Positions 56,493-64,000 of a stretch of DNA of 64,000 nucleotides are shown here, piece after piece. The notes under the pieces are model-generated. The model was not told where the DNA came from. It saw only the letters and a list, made by a program, of their open reading frames with translations, and ran no database searches. This stretch comes from Candidatus Hermodarchaeum yapensis (GTDB taxonomy: Archaea; Asgardarchaeota; Hermodarchaeia; Hermodarchaeales; Hermodarchaeaceae): contig JAEOSK010000001.1 of the NCBI GenBank assembly GCA_016840405.1, forward strand, positions 64,001 through 128,000, written 5' to 3'. Numbering within the stretch: the stretch's first letter is position 1; each line of letters starts with the position of its first letter. The position numbers were made by a program, and so were the translations under genes.

Positions 56493-58142
56493 ATGAAACA
56501 ATTATTTCGTTGGCTTGATGAAGTAAAGTCAGCCAAAGTAATAGAAGACAAGCCACTAATTGAAACAACGAAGTACAAGGATTTTGCTTTTTGGTGGATT
56601 CTACGGAATCGAATCTACACTGACCTGCTTATCTTTTTCACATCAGGACTAAGGCTCTATCGACCCTCATCACGACAGCGAATTATTGGACGGTTTACCT
56701 TTCTCTATTTACTGGTCATCCTAGTCCAATCAATCATTAGTAAACTCATTAGCGTGGGTCAAAAACGAAATGAAGCTTCTCACCCAGTTCTGCTCACAGC
56801 CCAATTTGAATCTTGGAAACCTATTAGAGATATTCCGACCGGTCAACTGGAGAAAGCACACGTGATTTTCGAGCCTGTCCTAAAGCAACTGCGACAGACT
56901 CGCCCCCAACTATGCTATGTCTCGTTAGCACATCTGGGATTTTCTGGGGTGAGTAAACTTAAGCAAGCCCTGGAGATGAAACAAGCTGCAAACTTGGGAC
57001 ATTTTCGAATACTCGAATCGTATCTGGGCATTAACACCCTTGCACGGTTCCTCTATGCCCGACGCCATTTCAGCCGGGTTTCTAAGAAACTACAACAAAG
57101 CCAAAACACAAAGAACGTTCCCCGGTTAAACGGCATTGATGTGTTTACTGCATTTTCTGATTACTTCGACTACTATTACACGACATATCTACCATTATTA
57201 GTCCTACTTTACGAATTAGATCTTCAAGTCTGTAAACAAGAGGAACCAGCCCTTGTTTTGCTAAGTAACGAATATGGGGGATATGAGAGAGCGCTTATCA
57301 TGGCAGCCCATGCCCAACATATTCCAAGTCTAGCCATCCAACATGGCATTATTGATGAATACAAAGCCGGTTACATGTTTGCAGCTAATGATGTATCAAC
57401 TACCGGATCAGCACATTATCCCTTTGTCCCGATACCGACCAATACTACTGTCTATGGTTCATTCACAAAAGATCTGTTGACGCGAAGCAGTTCTTTTCCT
57501 GATAATGCAGTCGTGGTTACCGGACAACCTCGTTATGATTCACTGCTACATGTTGAACGGCTCTATGATAAAACCAGGTTTTGTAATCGGTTTCAAATTG
57601 ACCAACAGAAGAAACTGGTTCTAATCACAACACAACCTTTTCCGATGGAGAGTGTTCGAGAAAAATTCATCCTCAGCACAATCAAAGCCCTCAACCAAAT
57701 TCAAGGTATACAAATTATCGTCAAACCCCATCATAACGAGACACAAGAATGGTACGAAAACCGAGTGAAAACACAGAATATCATAATTCTTCCACCCCGA
57801 TACGACACCTATGAAGCACTATATGCTTGCGACCTCTTGATTGCTCAAACTTCAACAACTATCCTTGAAGCCATGATTCTGGAAAAAGAAGTGGTTGTCG
57901 TAAATCTGTCCAACTTGCCAGAGGTGCTCCCCTGGGTTGAAGAAAAGGCAGTTTTTGGTGTCTATAATGAAGCCGATCTAGTCAAGAATTTTCAAAGCGC
58001 GCTCTTCGACAAGAAGGCTCAGATGGCGACACAGAAAGATCGAAGGACATTTCTGACAAAGCATATTTTCAAAACCGATGGAAAATCATCGGAACGAGTA
58101 GCTGCACGCATTCTTTCTCTACTACAGGAAAAAGAATCCTAA
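56493..58142 (+). CDS. GT-B fold protein, putative nonulosonate transferase / capsule-biosynthesis family
   Basis: IPSLAIQHG, VVTGQPRYD, IIVKPHH.E, STTILEAMIL..EVVVVN, DGKSSERV; divergent from neuA. Confidence 0.65.
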   Translation: MKQLFRWLDEVKSAKVIEDKPLIETTKYKDFAFWWILRNRIYTDLLIFFTSGLRLYRPSSRQRIIGRFTFLYLLVILVQSIISKLISVGQKRNEASHPVLLTAQFESWKPIRDIPTGQLEKAHVIFEPVLKQLRQTRPQLCYVSLAHLGFSGVSKLKQALEMKQAANLGHFRILESYLGINTLARFLYARRHFSRVSKKLQQSQNTKNVPRLNGIDVFTAFSDYFDYYYTTYLPLLVLLYELDLQVCKQEEPALVLLSNEYGGYERALIMAAHAQHIPSLAIQHGIIDEYKAGYMFAANDVSTTGSAHYPFVPIPTNTTVYGSFTKDLLTRSSSFPDNAVVVTGQPRYDSLLHVERLYDKTRFCNRFQIDQQKKLVLITTQPFPMESVREKFILSTIKALNQIQGIQIIVKPHHNETQEWYENRVKTQNIIILPPRYDTYEALYACDLLIAQTSTTILEAMILEKEVVVVNLSNLPEVLPWVEEKAVFGVYNEADLVKNFQSALFDKKAQMATQKDRRTFLTKHIFKTDGKSSERVAARILSLLQEKES

Positions 58143-58235
58143 AAATTCTCAATAAAGGATATCAATTTCCTCACTAGTGAGATTCTTATAATTTGAAGAG
58201 TATTTTCGCCAAGTAATAACGGATAGTGCGAGATA

Positions 58236-59264
58236 GTGCTGAATGCAATTCGCTCAAACGCATCGCTTTGGGACCTTTACGCCAAAGTTGAAGAATACAA
58301 CCCTCAGCACTTAGATGAGCATGACCGATTTCTCTACAAATACTCAAACCAAAATAACATCCTTGAACCCACAGTCTCTGAATTCTTAGTTCAACAGGGT
58401 ATGAACATTGATTACCCGGATAACTATGAATTCGGAATTTGTCTAACCCATGATGTTGACACAGTCTTCTTGTCAAAGAAGCGTGCGCTCTACGAAGCGG
58501 CACGCCGGGGAATCCGTTTCAGAATAAAACAAGCCACGAAAATGCTTATGGGTGGTGTCAGTAAGCATTACAACCCCCGATGGAACTTCAATCAAATAAT
58601 GGATCTTGAAGATTCCTTTGGAGCGAAGTCGACATTTTTCTTTATGGCATTAAAACCTAGAGAGCCTGCTTACAATTATCGATTGGATCTTCTCCAACAC
58701 GAATTGGACACCATTATCGAAAAAGGTTGGGAAGTTGGACTCCATGGAGGGTATTATGCATACAATGATCTCGAACGAATCACAACCCAACGGGACCGGT
58801 TGGAAGCGATTTCAGGTAAGACGGCGAAAGGGTATCGAAATCATTTCCTACGATTTGCCGTCCCGACAACGTGGGAATTACTGACAACTGCAAACTTTAG
58901 TTATGACGCAACTTTCGGTTATTCGGAGACATTTGGGTTCCGAAACGGGATGTGCCACCCCTTTCGACCTTACAATATCACAACCGATACGCCAATTAAG
59001 ATCATCGAAATTCCCCTGATGCTCATGGATGTTTCATTAATTCGGATGCAAATTCCCCCCAATCAAGCCTGGCCGAAATTACGCTCACTACTCGATTCAG
59101 TGCGAAAAAACAAAGGAACCGTCTCAATTCTTTGGCACAACAACCGGATGGATGGTGATTGGCTCAAACTGTATACGAAGATCCTACAATATGGAAAGGA
59201 GAAGCATGCCTGGATGACTACTGGTGAGGAACTTAGTCAATGGTGGGAAAAACGAGTTATTTAG
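58236..59264 (+). CDS. polysaccharide deacetylase family protein
   Basis: CLTHDVD, KSTFFF, WEVGLHG, GYRNHFLRF, YDATFG, ILWHN. Confidence 0.85.
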   Translation: MLNAIRSNASLWDLYAKVEEYNPQHLDEHDRFLYKYSNQNNILEPTVSEFLVQQGMNIDYPDNYEFGICLTHDVDTVFLSKKRALYEAARRGIRFRIKQATKMLMGGVSKHYNPRWNFNQIMDLEDSFGAKSTFFFMALKPREPAYNYRLDLLQHELDTIIEKGWEVGLHGGYYAYNDLERITTQRDRLEAISGKTAKGYRNHFLRFAVPTTWELLTTANFSYDATFGYSETFGFRNGMCHPFRPYNITTDTPIKIIEIPLMLMDVSLIRMQIPPNQAWPKLRSLLDSVRKNKGTVSILWHNNRMDGDWLKLYTKILQYGKEKHAWMTTGEELSQWWEKRVI

Positions 59265-59268
59265 CGTC

Positions 59269-60411
59269 ATGGTGAGGAAAATTAAGGTCTTTGTTACTGA
59301 TGCAAGTTACAAACATACACTAGCAGCAGTACGAAGTCTAGGCCGAAAACAAATCGAAGTAATTGCTGGCTCCTCCTCACGCTATGCGCAGGCCTTCTAT
59401 TCGAAATATTGCAAGAAAAAATTGATTTATCCCCCATTGGAGGAGGAAACCCGGTTCATCAGGGTAATGGACAGATTACTGAAAACCGAAAAGGTAGACG
59501 TGTTACTACCCATTGGATACCAAGCCACCGCGGTCCTATCCAAGTATCAGGAGCAGTTTTCTAAACGTGTCCAGATGCCGATAGCTCAACAAGACTCACT
59601 GCGAATTGCTGGTAACAAAAATGAAACCCTAGAATTCGCGGAACAACTGGGCCTTCGTATACCCCGGTTTTACCGAAAAATCGACGAAATCAACCAATTC
59701 CCAGTGGTCATAAAGGGAAGTGAAGGCGCCGGACAAGTTTGGTATGCGACATCCAAAAAGGATCTCGCCAAACAACACTTTGATGGCCAGATAATCCAAG
59801 AATACATTCCAGGAGAGGGCTACGGCTTCTTTGCCTTATACAATCATGGGAAGCTTCGAGCCTTTTTCATGCACCGCCGAATCCGTGAGTATCCCATAAC
59901 CGGAGGTCCGAGTACCGCCGCAGAAAGCACCTATGATCCCAATCTCAAACAACTGGGAATGAAATTATTAGAGGGACTAAACTGGCATGGCGTGGCCATG
60001 GTTGAGTTCAAGAAAGATAGACGAGATGGAAAATACACACTCATGGAAGTGAACCCCAAATTCTGGGGTTCTCTCGACCTTGCTATCTCCTCAGGAGTTG
60101 ATTTCCCATATCTTACTGCTAAAATGGCCATGGACGGCGATATTCAACCCGTTTACTCATATCAAGTCGGAAACCGGTTCCAATGGCTTTTCCCAGATGA
60201 ACTGCTGCACCTCGCAGCACGTCCCCAATCCGTTGGAAGTGTCCTCGCAGACTTTGCCAATTATCACACAAAGAGCAATGTGACTTTGCGAGACATTAAA
60301 CCTACAATGTTCCAACTTTTCTACACGGCTTGGGAATTCCTCACCCGGATTCGCAAAGGTGAATTACGCTATCCACATGGAATTCCTAGTATAGGACAGA
60401 AACGAAAGTGA
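59269..60411 (+). CDS. ATP-grasp carboxylate-amine ligase
   Basis: LAAVRSLG, FPVVIK, IIQEYIPG, R.RE.P..GG.ST, GVAMVEFK.D.RDG...LMEVNPKFWGS. Confidence 0.85.
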   Translation: MVRKIKVFVTDASYKHTLAAVRSLGRKQIEVIAGSSSRYAQAFYSKYCKKKLIYPPLEEETRFIRVMDRLLKTEKVDVLLPIGYQATAVLSKYQEQFSKRVQMPIAQQDSLRIAGNKNETLEFAEQLGLRIPRFYRKIDEINQFPVVIKGSEGAGQVWYATSKKDLAKQHFDGQIIQEYIPGEGYGFFALYNHGKLRAFFMHRRIREYPITGGPSTAAESTYDPNLKQLGMKLLEGLNWHGVAMVEFKKDRRDGKYTLMEVNPKFWGSLDLAISSGVDFPYLTAKMAMDGDIQPVYSYQVGNRFQWLFPDELLHLAARPQSVGSVLADFANYHTKSNVTLRDIKPTMFQLFYTAWEFLTRIRKGELRYPHGIPSIGQKRK

Positions 60412-60453
60412 TTGGTTTCATTTCAATGATATCAAACTATGAGGTGAAAAAGC

Positions 60454-61221
60454 CTGGAATTTGACCTCCACATCCATTCGAAATATTCCTTTGACTCGTT
60501 AACAGAGCCCAAGACAATTTTGAAAATGGCTAGGAAACGGAGGCTAGATATCATTGGAGTGACGGACCATGGAACGATCCGAGGAGGGTTAGAAACCCAA
60601 AAAATGAGTAGAAAGCTTGCTAGTGATGTTGTTGTGGTAGTGGGAGCTGAAATTCATACGAATGCCGGTGACCTTGTTGGTCTGTTCCTCAATGAAGAAA
60701 TTCAAGGTCACAACATCGAAGTGGTAATAGATGAAATCCGCACACAAGATGGGCTCGTATTTTTACCGCATCCTTTCAAAGGTCATGATATTGCACAAAT
60801 ACAAAGTGTTCTTGATCGAATTGATTTAGTGGAATTCTTGAACGCTCGTGCACCATTGACTCCAGACGAATCGCAAATTGTTGCTTCTTGGAATATTCCG
60901 TTCGTGAGTAGTAGTGATGCCCACTTAGCCCGTGAAATAGGACTTTGTCGGACCGAAATTCAGTCACTCCAAGTAAAAGATGATCTTGAGACAGTTAAGA
61001 AATCCCTCACAAATCTAAGTAAACAAATTTTGAAAGGCTCCTTTTCTCCTCCTTACTTTGAAACCATGTCCCAACTCATTAAATCAATTAAAACGAAACG
61101 ATATCAACGCATACCTCTTTTTGCGTTGATCCACCTCAGAGAAATCCTAAAATCCGTACAGAAGCGTCGTTTCCAGCTCCCAGATTATTCAAATCCCACG
61201 TATTATCTCCAGATGAAATGA
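60454..61221 (+). CDS. PHP-domain protein (start extended to CTG 60454)
   Basis: FDLHIHSKYSFDS lies in frame upstream of the track start; VTDH, GAEI, PHPF, SSDAH; SD GAGGTG at 60441. Confidence 0.85.
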   Translation: MEFDLHIHSKYSFDSLTEPKTILKMARKRRLDIIGVTDHGTIRGGLETQKMSRKLASDVVVVVGAEIHTNAGDLVGLFLNEEIQGHNIEVVIDEIRTQDGLVFLPHPFKGHDIAQIQSVLDRIDLVEFLNARAPLTPDESQIVASWNIPFVSSSDAHLAREIGLCRTEIQSLQVKDDLETVKKSLTNLSKQILKGSFSPPYFETMSQLIKSIKTKRYQRIPLFALIHLREILKSVQKRRFQLPDYSNPTYYLQMK

Positions 61222-61264
61222 TGTCCTGAAAATACCTTATATTCCCTTAGTTGCACCTTTACAA

Positions 61265-62395
61265 TTGGTGACGGTCTTGACAGCTTCCGACGAAATCATA
61301 AGCATCCTCAAAGAGGAAGGAATCAACTTCTTCACAACATATCCCTGTGCAAAATTCCAAAACCTCTACAACTTAGTTCATTCACAATTCATGAGTCTAG
61401 GCGTTACAAAAGAGGAAGATGGCGTTGGAATCTGTGCTGGAGCAAGCCTTGCTGGTGCCAAAGCAGCAATGCTGATTCAAAGCACAGGTCTTGGAAATAT
61501 GATCAATGCCCTTTGCTCACTCACACTTACCTACGAATTACCTCTACTAGTTCTTGCAAGTTGGCGTGGTGTCTATAAAGAAAACATTTCAGCACAAATC
61601 AAGTTGGGAAAAAGTCTACCCAAAATCCTCGAAGCGATTGGGGCCCAATATTGCATTGTAACTTCAAACAAAGATTTACCGAAACTACAACAAGCTGCAA
61701 AAGACGCCTATCGCCTCAATTCACTCCAAATAGTTCTACTCAGTCCTGAATTATTTGAAAACGAGCCATTGGCAGAATCTGGACCGAATATCTCCCATAT
61801 CATGGTGCCGACAGAAGAGAAGGCATTCCCTGGAGCTGAAGCAACACTTACCCGCTACGAAATCCTTCAAGCACTGGAAACATATTTTGAAAACAAACTC
61901 GTCATCTCAAATATTGGGTTTCCATCACGAGAATTACATGATATCAAACCTCAACGCACTAATTTCTATATGCTTGGAAGCCTTGGACTCGTCTCATCCG
62001 TCGGCCTTGGGATTGCCCTTTTTTCAAAACATGAAGTTGTTGTAATAGATGGAGATGGAAGTCTATTGGCTAATCTTGGGATCCTCGCTTCTATTGCTCA
62101 AGCTGAACCACCAAATCTTACAATCCTTGCCATCGACAACGGTGCTCATGGTTCAACTGGAAACCAAGCCACACCAACTGCAACCTGTGTCGATTTAGCT
62201 CAAGTTACAAGAGGTCTTGGGTTCACCAATGTTTTCCGAGCCACTAATCCAAAAGAGATCACTGATACATTATCCAAGCTAGAAGAAGGACCTAATTTTG
62301 TTCACGTGATTGCAGAAGCCGGTAACGCAGATGTACCCATTATCCCTCTTTCACCAATAGAAATCAAAAAGCAATTCATGCGAGCAATCCAGTAG
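61265..62395 (+). CDS. comDE: fused sulfopyruvate decarboxylase alpha/beta (ComDE-like; phosphonopyruvate decarboxylase not excluded)
   Basis: YPCAK, EEDGVGICAGA.LAG, IQSTGLGNMINAL.SL, SWRG...E...AQ, NIGFPSREL, NFYMLGSLG, DGDGS..N (ThDP motif). Confidence 0.8.
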   Translation: MVTVLTASDEIISILKEEGINFFTTYPCAKFQNLYNLVHSQFMSLGVTKEEDGVGICAGASLAGAKAAMLIQSTGLGNMINALCSLTLTYELPLLVLASWRGVYKENISAQIKLGKSLPKILEAIGAQYCIVTSNKDLPKLQQAAKDAYRLNSLQIVLLSPELFENEPLAESGPNISHIMVPTEEKAFPGAEATLTRYEILQALETYFENKLVISNIGFPSRELHDIKPQRTNFYMLGSLGLVSSVGLGIALFSKHEVVVIDGDGSLLANLGILASIAQAEPPNLTILAIDNGAHGSTGNQATPTATCVDLAQVTRGLGFTNVFRATNPKEITDTLSKLEEGPNFVHVIAEAGNADVPIIPLSPIEIKKQFMRAIQ

Positions 62396-62509
62396 AGGGT
62401 TCTTGTCGTACTTGAGTCCAATCGATTTATAACATCCGAGATGATATGATGCTCCGCGACGAAACTGGACTCTGAATACTTTCAGCTCGAAGGATTGGAG
62501 CATTGTTCC

Positions 62510-63628
62510 ATGAAAATACTCCATTTATCAGATGTTGGGCTCCCTGATACACGGGTTGAGCGTGCAGCGCTCCATGCCACTAAAAAAGGCTGGGAAGTGG
62601 TGTTTGCCGGTGGAAGACCTGTAGAAGATCAACTTTTCAACGTGTTCCAAAAAATCCATTACCGTCCATGGCGCCCCTCCGAAAAAACAGGATTTCCTAC
62701 TACTTTGCGGAAACTGAAACAATGGCTAAAACGCCTTGTTAGCGAAGAGGAACCTGATCTAATTCATGCTCATGACCTATTTGCCGGGAAAGTTGCTTAC
62801 GAGGTTGGTCATCCCTTTGTTTATGATGATCACGAAATCTGGGCATCACGAATTTCCTATCAGGGTTCCCAAGCGCTAAAACAGGATCGCACTTTACCTC
62901 GTCGATTAGCAACGTGGTTTGCCTTGAAAACTTGGCGTAAATGGGAACCAAAGATAATTCGAAGTTCTCCGGTTATCACTGTAAGTCAAGAAATTGCTAA
63001 TCTCTACAGTCGAATCCAACCTCAGAGTTTTGTCGTTCCAAATCTTCCAACCCAGCAGGAAGTAGAGATGATTCCTCCCAATCAAAACAATGATGATGTT
63101 TTTCGAATTGCCATGGTTTCCAGAGACGATTGGCCTCTTAGTGAACGTCCTGATCGAGAAGCGCTTCAACTTTGGTTGGATAATCGGTTTGGAGCCTCCT
63201 TAGTATTCATTGGTCCAAAAGCAATTGAAACAGATGAGGTTGAAAATCACGGGTTTGTCAGTCATGAAGAAATGCTTCGAATTTTCAGTACGTGCGATGC
63301 TGCTTTGCTTGGACAGTGGACAAATCTTCCGGTTTACTCCTTTCAAAACCGGTTTCCACTTTTTCTACACGCGGGTCTCAAAGCTATTGTCCCAATCAAG
63401 GATGTCAGTGAAGCGAATTTCTGTCGAGAACACAATGTGGGCTGGTCCTGGAGTTCAGCTGAAGAATTGAAAACAATCATTCAGAGGCTAGTTCGCAACT
63501 ACTTTGCTGATGTAAATCGTTGGAATTCTGAAAAACCAAAAGTTCGTGAAGTGGCTAAACACTATCTTTTATGGTCACATTATGCCAATCAATTGGAAAA
63601 AGCCTATGAAGCGGCTTTATCGAACTAG
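62510..63628 (+). CDS. glycosyltransferase family 4-like protein
   Basis: MKILHL, D.RVER.A, PDLIHAHD, FVYDDHE, VITVS, GFVSHEE. Confidence 0.75.
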   Translation: MKILHLSDVGLPDTRVERAALHATKKGWEVVFAGGRPVEDQLFNVFQKIHYRPWRPSEKTGFPTTLRKLKQWLKRLVSEEEPDLIHAHDLFAGKVAYEVGHPFVYDDHEIWASRISYQGSQALKQDRTLPRRLATWFALKTWRKWEPKIIRSSPVITVSQEIANLYSRIQPQSFVVPNLPTQQEVEMIPPNQNNDDVFRIAMVSRDDWPLSERPDREALQLWLDNRFGASLVFIGPKAIETDEVENHGFVSHEEMLRIFSTCDAALLGQWTNLPVYSFQNRFPLFLHAGLKAIVPIKDVSEANFCREHNVGWSWSSAEELKTIIQRLVRNYFADVNRWNSEKPKVREVAKHYLLWSHYANQLEKAYEAALSN

Positions 63629-63645
63629 TAAGCTGAAAAGCTTCC

Positions 63646-64000
63646 TTATTGTCCTTTTTCAAGAATATCTACTAATATCGGTATTGAAGCTAATCGTGCA
63701 ATAATCCATAAATTCGAACGTCCACCTAGAGCTCCGCCTCTTCGCCTCAACACTTGTCGAGCAAATTTCGTTAGTTTGGAGGAACGACGAACTAGGGTTT
63801 CTAATTGGATTGTTGTTCTGCTTCCCATTTTAATTGGATTATCTGGAAGATTCTCATCCAACAATCGTTGCCCTTCTTTGGCATTGGGGAATGCCCATTT
63901 TTTGTATCCCTGATTCCACCAGGTTAGGATATTGGGTAAAAATCCACCTTTCGTTCCTGCCGTTTTTCCTAGTTCAATTGTTGATGCAGGAAGAAGAGTA
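63646..64000 (-). CDS. 3' part of a CDS truncated by the window edge
   Basis: Frame of track ORF 63646..63864 stays open to the window end (..GKTAGTKGGFLPNILTWWNQGYKKW..); family not recognised. Confidence 0.55.
   Translation of the reverse strand, partial: TLLPASTIELGKTAGTKGGFLPNILTWWNQGYKKWAFPNAKEGQRLLDENLPDNPIKMGSRTTIQLETLVRRSSKLTKFARQVLRRRGGALGGRSNLWIIARLASIPILVDILEKGQ

Overview
Gene-dense archaeal chromosomal segment, very probably from an Asgard archaeon. This is inferred from several longin-domain proteins, a longin-small GTPase fusion, a Rab-like GTPase and a MIT-domain protein alongside archaeal housekeeping genes (rnhB, SSB/RPA, ATP-dependent ligase, asnS, xpb, bax1, pheS/pheT, dUTPase). 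Left to right: (1) accessory genes (GNATs, SagB-like, VOC) and three tandem membrane-anchored serine hydrolases, each behind a conserved 36-bp upstream motif; (2) a three-gene longin/GTPase module in which one longin-like protein, apparently starting at a non-canonical ATC, is fused to a TFIIB cyclin-like domain (best candidate for an undescribed system); (3) a replication/repair cluster and a 1795-aa TrmB-coiled-coil protein; (4) aminotransferase, ALDH, an ACAD-SCP2-MaoC fusion, AOR and ferredoxin; (5) a Rab-like GTPase, a decayed IS200/IS605-family tnpB element and a candidate structured ncRNA; (6) asnS, longin-wHTH, MIT-PLD, xpb, PIN-helical protein, bax1, pheST; (7) a ~220-bp ORF-less IS200/IS605 mini-element retaining an omegaRNA-like scaffold, next to an inactive TPR-CHAT protein; (8) a nonulosonic-acid surface-glycan locus with a ComDE-like decarboxylase. 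No rRNA, tRNA or CRISPR array was recognised. All calls come from motif recognition by eye; no database searches were run.
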